This document shows positions 50,773-64,000 of a stretch of DNA of 64,000 nucleotides, piece after piece. Where the stretch lies: positions 47,554,001 through 47,618,000 of the forward strand of contig CM060731.1 in NCBI GenBank assembly GCA_030704615.1. The letters run 5' to 3'. The DNA is from Takakia lepidozioides. Taxonomy: Eukaryota > Plantae > Bryophyta. The notes beneath the pieces were generated by a model. That model was not told the DNA's origin. It saw only the letters and a list, made by a program, of their open reading frames with translations, and ran no database searches. Position 1 is the first letter of the stretch. Every line of letters starts with the position of its first letter. A program made the position numbers and the translations under genes.

Positions 50773-53700
50773 TATATTCGGGAATCCAACAATCTTTGAT
50801 GCCTCCTAATTTTCCTTTCTGCACACACACAAGTTCAAAGTGCTCAATATAGAGTTCACAACAAACACACTATGACTAGGCATCAAGGGGGAGGATGGCA
50901 CCAAAAGCTCCCAAGAGATTGAAAATACTTGCAGAAACCACTTAAGGAACAGCTGCGCAAAGGGAGGCAAGAAGACCTAATCACATGCCCTGGTTTGAGT
51001 GCCATATACTTTCAGATGAAACTCAGTATTCCGGACTCAAGCCAGAAACCTAGCTCGAAAGGAGAGATAACGGGAAAGTAAAAGAAAGGACTTGCAAACC
51101 CTAAAAAGTAAGAGAAAAAGGTTCTACTCGTTGACTGATAGTCTCTGCAATGGATCTGAGACACCCTGAGTGCACAGTCCCCTGAAGATAATCACTCTCC
51201 AAAAGCTGGTCATAGAGTTTAATCCACTAAGATAGAAACCAAATCTAAAACTACTGTTGCGTATGCCCCCAGGAGACAAGCTGGTTACAAAGGGCTGGGT
51301 ATTAATTTTAGGTGCGGACATGGACATTGTAACAGAAGGCAGGATGTCGGTTCTAGCACAAGATACACAAAGACACAAAGACAGACGGATAGACGCGAAA
51401 GTTATAAATTTTGTCCAGAGTTTACTGACTTATCGAAGCATTATTTGTTCTAAACTCTTCCTGCCTTCTTATCCATATATCGCACCAAATATAATAATTT
51501 CACGACAAGAAAATATCCAACACCGTATGAAACACAAAATGAGAACATGCACAAGCAAAAACTTTCTATCTTATCGTTTCTAGCGTCTTCTTCTGCTAAA
51601 TCCAAACCCAGCGGGTAGAAGTGCCTCACCACCACATATACACTGCAACTACATTGACTAATCTCATATGTCATCAAACAATGGTCACCTAACATGGCCC
51701 TGCATACGAATTGATTCAAAGAGTATCAAACCCTAAATCAGTGCGAAAATATAGGGGAACCTAGAGTATGTAAACTACGAATTTAGTCACTCGCTGGTTT
51801 TCACCTACCAAATCCCGAAGGTAGCCCCCTCACAGCAACAAACCGTGCAAAACAAACAAATACCCCCTTTGCAAGAAATTGATGTAGTCCAAGGGTAAAA
51901 CATCATGAAATTGCACCCAAGATACTAAATAACGAAGCTTGAGCTAGCGCACCAAGAGCTACCAAAGCCTCACAACTCTCTGCCATCCGCAAGCAGCACA
52001 TATAACAGCCATGTTCCACACAGTCCACTACAAACTTCTCACTCCATTCAAAGCTCATTCAACGACCATGCAGGCTTGTGAACCTCACAGTAAGGAAGCC
52101 CTTGCCTGGTCGCAAGCGTGACGAGCTAGCCCTGAGCAGCTTAGCGCTATCGACCTGCTCTCTCGCAGGCTGATGAAGACGACGGCCCGAGGGATCCAGC
52201 AGGACCCTGCTTCTTGTGACCTGCGCACGGTTCGAACCCCGCTGCGCACACGTCCCAGAACGAAAATCAACCATCCACCATGCAGCCATAGTTCTCATCC
52301 TCGGAGGACTGAGTCCAACCGTCACCCCCAGAATCTGAGGGTCCCGGACCAACTTGTCGCTCCTACGGAGGCGACAGTCTTTTATCTATTTAATTTATGG
52401 TCGGAAATAATATTTGACATGTTGTGGGTCCCACCCGCAGAGCCGACCTACTTACCATCGGATATGATGTATGGTTATTTCGTTACTTCCAACGTTGTGC
52501 AGGTAGTGCCTTTGAACCCGCTCGGGTAGTGGTTTTTTTCTAGAGCCAAGTCGGGTTTTTGAAATTCCTCGTGGTTTCCCCCACGAGGTTATTTTTTCCT
52601 CGTTCGCTTATGTATTCCCAATTTTGTGAAAATAAAGTTTCCAGGGCCTCAGCCCCTGTTAAAAATAACATAAAATAAAATAAAATTGGGAATTCCGGGT
52701 TCGGACGTCAATTGATTAAATAATTAGAAAAGAATAATTGGAAATTAAATAATATTTGGCTAGAAAAAAACTAAATCCTAATGGCAATTTTTATTTTAGG
52801 ACATTTTCTTTCAAGATCGGATGTACCATACGTTTATATGGCTCCTTCACAAATTATATACATGATGACACAAGAAGGTTTGTGAACAACTGGTTGAGTG
52901 AGGGGGAGGATGTGAGTGCTCCACTGAGAGGCTGGGGACTTAGCCATTTCGTGATGGTCCCGACTCAAAGAGAACCTCGGATGCCTCCTCCCCTTATCGT
53001 CATGCTTGTCCTCTTGGTGACTTCTCTCTCCACCTTGTAACGAAAGCTTGTCTCTCGTCCCTCTCACCCACTTCATTTTATCTTCATCATGTTTCCTGCA
53101 AGATATTGATGTTTAGCCGTCACGATATTTATGACTATTTCTGTTGTTGTGTGTAATCTGCAAGCTGTCAGAATGGTATTGGTGCATGCCAACTCATAAG
53201 CCTACGAACTACATGACAAGTGCTCAGTATCGATGTGGGCTTGATCGAAAAGTGATTATAGCGTAGTCAATTTAGAGAGGTGGCGGTGCTCTTTCCTCTC
53301 GATCGCTCATCTACCAAAACTTTGTGCCGCCTTTGTCTCACCCTCCGCTCTGTTCTCCTGCTCTTCTTATTCTCTTCTCTCTCATATGTGCTCTCTTACA
53401 ACAACTTCTGATAAATTTGGTTGTTTGATACTGATGGCTTCCATCGTATCAGTTGTGCCCTCTTCGCGAAACCACAAGGATGAGCTTAGGCGTCCGGTCA
53501 GAGACCATAGAGATTACAAGGGAAGATTCGGAAATGCAAACAGAAGAGGTTCCCATGCATGCCCTGGGCTGTTGGGCTCTGGTCCCCGTTTTTTTTTCTT
53601 CACCCAACAGAGCTCTTTATGTTTGGAGTGAAGACGCGGGAGTTAGGGAAGAGTCCCAACCCATACTGAACCTTGATATGGATATTATTTAGGCTCAGAC

Positions 53701-53989
53701 CCGGGCTTTGGTTGAGCAAGGCATCCTGATTTACTTCCCAGGATGAGCTCGCGACCGGCATTTTGCGCGTAAATGGGCGTTGGAACACTTGGATGCTGAG
53801 GGAGGACACACTTCTCAATTTTGTCTTGCTCTTGGTTGTAGCTTCTTCTCTATTATGTTTAACTCTGCTGAAATTGTTGCTAAAGCCTTGAAGTTCAATG
53901 CGAGGCGCTCCAGGATGACTAAAGAGGCATGATCTTTTTTTTGCCTACGATGTTAAAATGGGATTTTCTTTGCTTAATCCCCCTCTCTA

Positions 53990-55250
53990 TGGATCGGAAA
54001 TGTTCTCACGAATGGAGGCATTTGGATGATGGCCTGGCTATTCGGAAAGATGTATGGTAAAAAATCGTGCAGCTAAGATAGTGGGTTTTTGTGGAGAATT
54101 GTAAATAGAATTATGTCTGTCACCCACTTCTTTGCTCTGCTTAGGTTAAAGAAACTATGGAACACTTATTCGTTTCCTGCCCCTTGTTTCTTATTGTCTT
54201 GGATAGAGTTGATTTTTTTCATGGCACCTAGGGAGGGAGACTTTTCCTAGGCATCCCTGATCTCTTGTTAGACTTCTCAACGTTCATAAATGAACTCTAT
54301 GGTCTGATTGCCCGATTTGGGCAGCACTCCATGCACATGTCTTGTGACATATCTGGAAAATGTGATGCTCATATCTGTTTGAATGCATGATGCCCCATGT
54401 TAGGGCCGGGTCCATGGGCACTCCCAAACGCCCCCCCAAGCAAGCGCCCCTGGGAGGGAATCGCCCCTTAAAAATGAGAAGGGGTGGTTCTATGGACAAC
54501 TTTCCATTCACCCCTCTAGAAATCTTTGGCACCAATTGTTGTGGGCCCATGACATAGTAAATGAACAATTAATATAAGTTTGGGTGAAAATATCAAAAAT
54601 CATTGCCTCCCCTAAAATTGAACTTAAGTTTGGATGGAAATAAATGTATTCTGCGGGGCCCGCTGTAGGAAAAGACAAAGGTGTCACTTAGGGGCGGCGT
54701 GAAATTCGATCGCCCTTTGTGAAGGGACGGTTTTTCTACGCCCCTTACCAAGGGGCGATTCCGTGGGGGCGCCCCTAAGGGTATATGCTATTTGCACCAA
54801 TAGCGCCTCACTAATCCTGGGGGCGATTCTTGGGGGGGGCGCTTGCAGCTGCCCATAGAACCCGGCTCTTAGAGTGATTTACTCAAAGCTCATTCAAACT
54901 TGCAGTCTGAAGCTCGAAATGGTGGTTGCAACTTTTCACAAATGGGCAGAGGATAGGAGACCGCTCGCTTTGACTCGACTTAGGAAAAAGGAGGCATCTT
55001 CTGCACCAAAATTGCCGAACTCCGGGTTACGTGAAGCAACACCTTCCCTGCATGCTAGGAGTTCACATAGTGCAAAGTTTTTCCCTCTTGATGAGGTCAA
55101 TTGGCGCCATAGACGCAGCGTTAGGAAAACTAGATCTAGGGTTTCATCTCCTTTTCGAACCTTACAAGAGGAAGCGCGGGAGCTTCTAACTTCCTTCCAT
55201 TCTTGTCTTTTAGTTTCTTCAATAGGTCCTACCCTTGAGAACTCTAGTTA
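53990..55250 (+). mobile_element. LINE (L1-like) 3' fragment interrupted by a MITE
   Basis: FLWRIVNRIM...ETMEHLFVSCP...HIWKM and the tail VNWRHRRSVRK; same family as 28760-29450. Confidence 0.7.
54403..54868. mobile_element. PIF/Harbinger (Tourist-like) MITE, 466 bp
   Basis: Imperfect TIRs GGGCCGGGTCCATGGGCA / TGCCCATAGAACCCGGCTC, TTA target duplication (54400-54402, 54869-54871) and internal GGGGCG/CGCCCC repeats. Confidence 0.85.
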
Positions 55251-55351
55251 CTGAGCAGTGTCTCATCTATTGGTCTGCATGGCTCTCCCACACATGTTAG
55301 TTTTCCTTGTTGATCAATCTTTTTATTTTTGGCTCTCTTGTAGAGAGAGAC

Positions 55352-55506
55352 TTTGCAACATGTTGAAGTCAACGGAGAAAATGTGGTCAAAGACCTTACA
55401 CCGTATCAAGGCTCAGTTGGTGTATTTGTGCTGAGTCATGCCCCTCACCCTTACCTCTCTTATGTTTTGCCAAAGCAAGAGAGCCCATCGCCGTTTTAGG
55501 CTTGTT
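55352..55506 (+). repeat. Dispersed ~150-bp repeat, second copy at ~58381-58527
   Basis: TTTGCAACATGTT.AAGTCAACGGAGAAAAT...AAGAGAGCCCATCGCCGTTTTAGGCTTGTT occurs at both loci. Confidence 0.85.
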
Positions 55507-55899
55507 TTAATATAGTTTTTCAGGGCCTCTGTCCCATGTTTTTTTTTTTTAAAAAAAACATGGTATGAAAAAATATATGCCTCATAGATCACTATAGCAA
55601 GTGAACCGCACACAACACCCTAAAAACCAATAACCAAATGTGAGAGAGGAGGATGAGCATTAACTTACCTCGAGAAGCTCAAGTAAAGGAGGAGAGACGA
55701 CGCAAGTATAAGATTAGTGCCACATTTTATTTTATTTTTTGTATTATGAAATGGGCAAGCCGCTGCCCATTCTGCCAATTAGAGGCTGCAGACCTTAACT
55801 CTTAACTTCCTACGCGACCCCGGGTCATGACCTGTAAAAAAAAATGGGGATATCTTGCTGATATTTTATTGAAATTAAATGATTGCTGAAGGAATAAAT

Positions 55900-56613
55900 T
55901 TGCTGACAACAATGGTCTCCACCCACAAATTGAATTGAATCCAAAATTAGCGCTTTCTTATAGCAGCTTGTGAATATGGTCCTAAAGGTCAGGTTATTCT
56001 TGGACTGGCAAAGGAATACCTTATGTGGATGCTGCACTACACCCACTGTGGAAGCTCTAGAACATTGCCTCTTACAATGTGTGGGCCCTTTGGCCATTTG
56101 GCCACAGGCCTTGCACTTCTACTCTGCATGGGAGTGTATTGCCCCATACCTCATAGTTCTCTTTGAACTATGAAAACAGGGAAGACCAAGGCGATTGGAT
56201 GTCTAGTCTTTGAGGTCCTTCGTTCGGCCATCCTACAGCATATTTGGAAAGCCAGATGCAGTTGGGTATTGGACAATCAAAACTCATCTCTGTCTAAGAT
56301 CCTCACTCTGGTCTTCACTGACCTCACCATTGCTGCTAAACTTGCCTGGGCAAAATTGGGTGCAGAGTACAATAAGCGCCCAGAACGTGGTCCTACACTC
56401 CTCACCTCCTTCAGGCGTACTTGGGGGAATCGGGGGCTCAACTGCTCTTGCATCGACATCGACACCTGTTTATGGGCAAGCACTATTCCCCATTTCTGGC
56501 AGCAGCGAAGAGCCCCCCCTCTTCAGCCTCCCCTAACTTTGAAAGATCAGATCGAAACTGGAAGCACATCAACCCGACTGTTAAGTCCAAGCTTCATTTT
56601 CACCGGTAGATAG
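55900..56613 (+). mobile_element. LINE (L1-like) 3' fragment, zf-RVT region
   Basis: CGCC...EALEHCLLQC...FEVLRSAILQHIWKARC. Confidence 0.8.
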
Positions 56614-57446
56614 ATGGGCTTCTCACTGGTTTCTAGTTGGCCACTGTGCCCTACATCTATACCTGGCTCCCCCTTATCTAGGGTTATTCGAGGGCATCCC
56701 CCTCCATCACTCAATGCTTATCGCTCCCTAATTCTACTTGAATAGAGGAGGTCGATTATCTTAGGTCCACTGTACCCAGGATTCTCCTTCACGACTTGTC
56801 GTGTGTTAGGCCTCATGGCAGCCCTCGGACATGTAAAGGGTTTAATTTTTTCCCTTCAAATAATTCCAAATAAAGTTGTCAGGGCCGCTACACCTTAAAA
56901 AAAATAAAAAATAAAAATTGAAAGCATGGAGTAAAACCCTCACTTGTAGAATTTTGCAAAAACCCTTGGGTTAGGTAAGGAGAGGGGCCACGTAGGGTTG
57001 ACCACCCGCATGACAACATTCTATTGCGTATGCAACAGCCAGCTCCAACACACTTGGCCCCACTTAGGCCTCAAATTTTGGAAAATTCACCATTGGATTC
57101 CCAAAATCTTTTGACATTCTGATGAAGATCATAGGAACTCATTCTCTCACTGCTAGGATAAAAACAAATCTTGGATCTCTTCACACTTTCTGACAATGTT
57201 AGAAACTCCATGTTTTCGCCCATATCTGAACCCCCCAAGGAAAACATACAAAGGAGCATGTAGCATCATTTGGCAATTTGGCATGAAAATTTGTGCATGT
57301 TTGTATACTTTGGAATAGGATATGGACACGGGTAGGGCGGCCCAGCGAAATCAACCCGATAAGACCATTTCTTGGTCAAACGTGACAGTGCAAGTTTCTC
57401 AAATTCCAAAAAAAAAAAAACAACCCCCACCAAAGGGCGAGGACCA

Positions 57447-57751
57447 CCGTACTTACCTAGCTTATTAAGCACTGCCGCGCCTAATAATTAATAAAATGGA
57501 ATATTGTTAGGCAGATTCGTTTTTATTATTTAGGCGCCTCACCTAGGTAATTTCCAAACATTAGGCATGTATTACAGTCTACCCTATTGTTGAGGTAATT
57601 TACTTTTAAGAAAAACATAATGGTTTCGAAAATAGAATTCGAGCAATTAGGCACTTCTAAGGAATTTTAGGCACATTTTCTTAAAATGTTCTAAATTTAA
57701 TTAGGCACTTGATTTTGAATTAATTATTGCCTAATAAGCTAGGTAAGTACG
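57447..57751. mobile_element. MITE with 24-bp TIRs (probably Tc1/mariner-pogo type)
   Basis: CGTACTTACCTAGCTTATTAAGCA at 57448 matches the reverse complement at 57728-57751 (23/24). TA flanks the right end and CA the left. Confidence 0.75.
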
Positions 57752-59929
57752 TAAGTACCGTCCATATGCTTAGCCAACGAGTTTAAGGCAAGTCTGTGAG
57801 GTGGTGGGGCTGCGGGCTGGAGCTTAGGAGGCAACCAGTCAAATCTCATCCCCCATTGGGAAGGTGGGGAGCCCTCCACACGTCTTGTTCCCTCCTCATG
57901 CTCCCCATCTTTAGGACCATAGGGCTACAATGCAATTTTTCCATAGCTCTTTGCACTTCTATATGTCAGCCCCATTGGTTTTACCAAACATTCTCCAATT
58001 TTGCTCCCCTATTCCCGCTCCGCAGGGGAGCGGGGATAGGGGAGCGGGACTGAGGGATAGAGGACGGACACTGAGAATAGGGGATCTTGGACTTGGAATT
58101 ATTTTGGAGATGAAAATATTAATTGGTTAGTCATTTGTGCAACCAGTCACTGAATGTATTTTGACTGCCACGAATCCAACCTCAAACCTTATCATTGTAA
58201 TGCACATCACCTAACCACCACACTACGCTTCTTGACAAATCTCTGATTTTTTAATCCTTTAAGTCTACAATACATACTCATTGAGAGGGGAGAAGGGGAG
58301 GTGGGGATTTGACAGCGGCCGCCGGAACGCCATCCCCGGCGACCGTACCGGCAAGGCTCGGATAAGTGTAGTCTTCTCCCTTTGCAACATGTTCAAGTCA
58401 ACGGAGAAAATATGGTCAAAGGACCTTACACCGTGCCAAGGCTCCTATTGGTGTGTTATGCTGAGTCATGCCCCTTACTCTCACGTCCTCTTATGTCAAG
58501 AGAGCCCATCGCCGTTTTAGGCTTGTTGATGTGGATTCGAACCCCGAACCACCCAGTGCGTGGAGCGAAGGGGGTAGTTTCTCAACACGCAGCATTTGAA
58601 ATATTCCTCTCTCGTCTCGTCTCTCTCTTGGCGCTCTTTTGGCGTGCCACACATTGCATCCATGCTCGCCTCCTCTTGCCTGCTTGCCTCCTTAGCCCCT
58701 GCCTGCGTTCCTTCGGATTGAATGAAATCTTTCCTAAACTACCAGCAATGTCCATTTTCTCCTCTACTTATTGCGGCAGGGTTCAACAACAGACTAAGCC
58801 GTCTAAGACGACAGTTTACACGATGATTGACATTTCGTGGTTGATGCATCAAGCAACTATCCTTGTGCTCAGTCCGTCTTTGGAGATGTTGGAGGCTGTT
58901 ATCAGTTGGACTTGTGATTCTCAGCTTCTCGTATGGCTCAGGATCAGGAAGACGGGGCAGCAAGTGAAGCAGTTCGCTGTGTCAATTGTATATTGTATGT
59001 TCGTAGTGGCATGATGCAGTTTTCAGGAAAGAGTTTGGGTGTGTGCTAAAATTGAATTCGAGGAGAAAAGCTTGCAGAGGCCGAGAATGGCTACGGATCC
59101 ACAGGCTACAAAATTTCAATCCGCAGGGAGCAATGTTACGGATGCTCATTTGGACTCGTATGTCCTCACCTCCTACTCTGATAGAAAAAGAAACAAGAAC
59201 GAAAGGAACTACTAAGCATACATAGAAAAGAGTCAGGCAGCCAGCGAATTTCGTCGCGTCCGCGGCACAGGTGACACAAGGAGAACAATGCAGAATAGCA
59301 TAAACCTGAAAGCCCAAAAGTTGGCCGAGTGCCTAATGACTCGATAGGTAGGTCACATAACAGAGGTTTCCAGGTCACTGCCATATCCTCGGAAGCAGAA
59401 GCAACGGTAGCAAATTCATGGTAATGTGTAACTCCCTTATGAGTTTCCACATGCTCTTACGTCTTTCCACCATCAAACAAAGCATCCTTGCAGCAGGTCA
59501 TACTAACAAAGAGAAGAGAGGTGAGGGAGGTCCTTTTCAGCCAGTTCAGGCATACATTTCGGCTCGTAGTAAGTACGTATTTCAGCCCACACAAGAACGT
59601 GTTACTACACATTCACAGACTGAGAGTAGGTAGTCCATGTTCAGATTTTCCTCTCTTTTTTATAGTCATACTGGGCAGCATTCTATGCACTTCAAAAATG
59701 CTTACAGAGCTTGCATGAGTACATTGCTTGTAGCATTAGTGCAGGATCCTTCAGCTCTTTCCTCCAGGGTGGCCGTAGGTTAAGACCTAGGGTAAGCTGT
59801 AAATAATCATTCCGCTTCCCGTTCTGTTGTGGACAAATTTCTCAGCAATAACGCGACCAGGCAATCCTTGAGTGGTGTTACTAGGGACTTGGTCACATTC
59901 AAGGACAAAGAGAGAAGAGGGATGTACTC

Positions 59930-60271
59930 ATAAACTAGGCCTCAGGAGGGCCTGGGCTTTTGGCTCAGCCTCGAGACTTTCAAAGTTGGTAAACAGGGGT
60001 ACAGGCACAATTCCCTTGATAGATTTGAAGAGAGCGTCTCTTTGGTGAGAGAACCCCGGACAGTGTATCAGAAAATGAATACTGTCTTCAGATTGCCCAC
60101 ACAACGGGCAATTGCACTCTCCCTTTCCTCTCTCTTCTGTTTGCTGTTCAAAGGTAGGCTTCCTGCCCTGAGTTTAAATTTCAGTCTAGTGCCGAGAGTG
60201 GGTAGACCCTTGAGGTCATCCAAGATGTCCTCCCCCATGACACTGACTGGAAACAAGTTCAGGGAAGTTTT
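59930..60271 (-). mobile_element. Non-LTR retrotransposon 3' fragment upstream of the KCBP coding exons
   Basis: GTRLKFKLRAGSLPLN...CPLC..EDSIHFLIHCP; homologous to 44850-45186. Confidence 0.7.
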
Positions 60272-60362
60272 CTGCCTAACTTCATGAGACTTTAGAGAGA
60301 TTGTACTCATAAGACGTTGTTTGCCGTAGCCTTGTGGCCATTGAGAGAGAGAATAAGGCTTT

Positions 60363-60388
<26 letters not shown>
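60363..60388. repeat. (AG)n microsatellite
   Basis: About 13 AG units. Confidence 0.9.
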
Positions 60389-60393
<5 letters not shown>

Positions 60394-60939
60394 CGAACAA
60401 CGAATGAAGCATTCGAACCAGGCCTACGATACCCACAAGAAGAACCACGTCGGGTCAGCTTCTAAAGTGTTTCTTGTCCTAAAATCTATATGCCTCTGCT
60501 AGAGCCGCCTCTGGTATCACGCTCTCATGTCCCAACAAAGAGGGAGGAAACAAAGAATTTCATTTGTTGCATGATACAAGCCCTATTCACAAGTGGTATG
60601 TAGATCCATCTGAAACCTTCGTAAATGATGTTGATAACGTGTGGGATAGTCGCGTGGCATCGAGAGATGCGGTAATGTCGTCGAGGAAGGCATCCTTGGA
60701 ATGGTGCAGCATTTTAGTCTCTAAATGGGCATACAATCATTTATGGCAGCTCCGCTTGGCAGATTCTGACGCTGGCAGTATTTCCTTCACACCTAGTTGA
60801 CTTACTGTAATTAAAGCTGTACAGGATTTCATCATAGTCGACTTACTCGGGGTGAAATGGAAATTTGGCATGTACATCATCAGGATACTCAGGTTGAAGG
60901 AGGTCACCTTTTCTGAGTTTTTGTTGTGGGGTGTGCTAG

Positions 60940-63900
60940 ACCTGGTGCTTTATCAACCACCTTAGGACCTGAGCTGGTGGGCAATGTGGCAATTATGGAA
61001 ATGTTTCAGGTATGCTCTCTGTTACTGCGGTTAGCAGACCCTTTCCTCTGTCTGTCGTATTTCCATTTCCTACTTCTTATACTACGTTCCCCTTAGCCCT
61101 CCCTGTTTCATCGAGTGAGAAGGATTTGCTAGTGCCTCTGTGCATCTTAGTCAACCCCTGTCCACATACTGGGTATGTCATTGCCACCTTCTAAGACTGA
61201 TATTTTTTCATATGACAAAAGTGTGAAATTGAGCAGTGCAGGGCCTTTTATAAACACCAAGATCCCTCCCTCAAGCGATCTACAGAATCATACCAAACTG
61301 TGGAAAGGATGCTGCGTGTGGGCTGAACTTAACACATTTACATGCCTAGTCAATACGCAGGACCTGGATTAGGTGCAGACATCCGAGGGCATTGGGGGGT
61401 CATTGGAAAGAGTGAGTAGTAGTGATTATTGTCTTATGTTGTATGTTTTCAAATGTGCAGGTGGAGGGTTTTCTTGAAGCAATGAATAAACAATTGCAGG
61501 GTGGAGGAAAGCGGTTATTTTCTGGCAAGAAGGCAGTGGCTCCCCAAGGCCCTGACAATTTCACATTAGAAGACATGCTCTGTTTCCAACAAGTATGCGT
61601 CAATATCTCCATCATTACTGTGATTGTGTGTTGTCCACACGTGTTCCAATCATGCGTTGTGCAATACACGACGTCTCCGAGGTCCAGAGAGTACACAACG
61701 TCTGATTGCCACTGCTAGCTCTCCATCTTCAACCTACTCAATAGAGGTCCTGTATGGAGCTGTAGTGGGTTTCATCATAATACTGTATGATAACAGCTCT
61801 GCAACCCCCAGAGTGGGAGATGTGGGTTTCCCATAAAACTATGTCTGAATCATTTCATAAAACACATCTAGTACTCTCTGGAGTGTGCCTGACAAATCTG
61901 AAGCAGAAAGACTAGAAGCAGGATACCGGTGTATAGTGGTTGGTGTCTTACTATTTCAGCATCAATGCAGCTCACTTCAGTGCATAACAAATTTATTATT
62001 TTATTTTAGTGCACAAAGTTTGGATTCTGGCAGGAACCAATACCGACATCATTGCTGCGCATAAACAGTACAGAGTTGATGAGCCGGGCTGTTAAGCTCT
62101 TTCAGGTACCTAATAGCACTGTCTAGTTGTAGTAGTGACAGGTTTACTTGTGGAATGTAATTTATAGTTGTAAGATGATTTCCTTTCCAGCAAAGACTTA
62201 AAACCCCCCCTCCTTTCCCTCCTTTCCTCACCCCACTTCATGAATGGCTTTGGCTGTACCTTGAGCATGTGTGATTGTTGACTGCCTTTGTAAAGCCAGC
62301 TATAGGCTATTTGATCCAGTACAATTTAAATTAAGGAGGATCTGCATCCGAAATCAGGGAAGGGAGGTGCACATTCAAGATCTTAAACCAAACAGAAAGC
62401 AGCAAATAAATTGCCTTCAGGAGGCCAAAGGGTCTGTAGACGGATGTGAACACAACTGGTTGAGATTTGGAAAGTTCCAATGTTGGAAATTTGATTCAAA
62501 CAGGTAGGCTTGTGGTACCAGCAAGATACCATTGTCATTTCGTTAGAGTTTCACAATGTGTTTCTTGTATTGGACTTGCACGTCTGGGCATTGAGGCCTT
62601 TATCCTTGTGATACAAGGGAGACATTCCTTTCAAGGAGAGGATTCCCCTGGGCCAACTGCTGAAATTACCTGCCTGCAGTCCTTCAGGGACAATTGGCTA
62701 CCATGTTGAGTGCCAATGACAAGCTTACAGTTATATAGCCCCTCTCTGGGGTTGGGATGGTTAGTTCTGGGTGCCTACAGCCAACTGTTTACAGCAATAA
62801 GTCTGAAGGACATTGTATCACACAGCACCCCTTTTGATTTAATCTGTTTTGCAGGGTTATTTCTACCTGCAAGGTAAGTGTTTCTTGACTCTACAAGCTA
62901 TGTTGACTAAACCACACCATCTGAATTTCTGACAGATAATCCAGTGGTTTGGGCTGTTGGAAATCAAGTAGTCATCTTGCGTGGATATGCATCTGTGAAA
63001 TGTCGGGGGCTAAGCTACGTGATTCACCAGCAGGGGGAAGGGGATTCTTGCAAGTGGACACCTTGCCCCTGAAGCCTTTCCCCAGGTGAGAAATAAGGCA
63101 CAACAAGCCCGTTCATCATCACTGGGTGTTATAAAGTGCTGACCTTCTAACTGAAGGGAGTACCCCTAACAATTTATGATCTCATGAGCATGGCAGCGCT
63201 TTCTATCTTCTTGCAGGCTAATTCACAATTAACTTGTTCTGGATGTGTCAGGTCATTCTCAAGTACATGGGTGCCAATCTGGAGGCAGGAACAACTCCAC
63301 CGAGGGCCCAAGAGCAGATTGACATGGTGCTGAAGCTATACAAGCCCACATTGAAACGGTCGGAGCTTCGTGATGAGCTATTTGCACAACTCTCCAAGCA
63401 GACCCGACGCAACCCAGACCGGTAATCTGTCCACCTGAGCCCTATCTATTGTAAATACTTCCAAGATGGCAGTTATGCTGGTGTTGGTCAAGAGACTAGG
63501 ATTCATGTGAGAGGCAACAGAAGCTTCCTATTTATGCCAGACAGACTGCAAGTCCACCTTATTTCAATTGATGATAAGATAGCTTTAAGGGACCCCCTTG
63601 TCCACCCCAAGGTCCAAAGTCTAAAGTATGTCAGTCATGTGCACAAATACCTTTGTGTTTACATAGGTTCCTCTGCACCAAAACCAAAAATCCATTGAAT
63701 CCCTAATTTTTCTTGGGTTTGCTGTATTTACAGAGCGTGCTTGCTGAAGGCATGGGAACTGATGTACCTTTGTGCATCCGGAATGCCCCCCGGCAAAGGC
63801 TTTGGTGCATATTTGTCAGAGTATGTGCATAAGGTGGCAAACTCCCCTACAGGAGATCCTGAAGTCCAGACATTTGCTCTAAACACTTGGAATGCACTCA

Positions 63901-64000
63901 AACGTTCAATGAAAGGAGGCCCCCGCCGTTTACTTCCAGCTCAGGAGGAGATAGAGGCTCTCTTAGCCGGACGAAAGCTGACTACCATAGCCTTTTTCTT
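60940..64000 (+). CDS. KCBP: Kinesin-like calmodulin-binding protein, 5' part (MyTH4 into FERM). Exons: 60940-61009, 61461-61592, 62034-62105, 63252-63421, 63734-end; start codon upstream and not resolved
   Basis: FQ|VEGFL.AM.KQ, FTLEDMLCFQ, EPIPTSLL, VILKYMG, ELRDELFAQLSKQTR.NPDR, KAWELMYLCAS and GPRR..PA.EEIEALL.GRKLTTI.FF, matching ZWICHEL/KCBP. Confidence 0.95.

Noticed and set aside
58382-59014. 210-aa ORF upstream of KCBP
   Set aside because: It has a non-ATG start, begins in a dispersed repeat, and its composition fits UTR or intron.

Overview
Eukaryotic land-plant nuclear DNA; the PPR-DYW style and TE families look bryophyte-like, but that is tentative. The left ~36 kb is a nest of decayed mobile DNA. 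It contains: (1) a truncated Ty3/Gypsy element with an extra 3' ORF; (2) a ~13-kb block (6.4-19.3 kb) of degenerate TE-like genes (protein kinase, zinc-finger/unknown multi-exon gene, Ulp1-type protease) with a ~52-bp palindromic tandem array; (3) an intron-containing DUF3504/Crypton-type tyrosine recombinase gene, split by a Ty1/Copia insertion and then scrambled by two nested inversions; and (4) LINE 3' fragments and a chain of host-gene fragments (PPR-DYW, BPI/LBP, OSB-like). The right part holds three ordinary genes: an alpha/beta hydrolase, VARICOSE/EDC4 (13 coding exons, minus strand) and the 5' part of KCBP/ZWICHEL, with MITEs and LINE scraps between them. The most notable result is that the TSD, the breakpoint microhomologies and the reading frame allow the Crypton-like recombinase gene to be reassembled by hand. 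As far as I know, this transposon class is described mainly from fungi, animals and stramenopiles.
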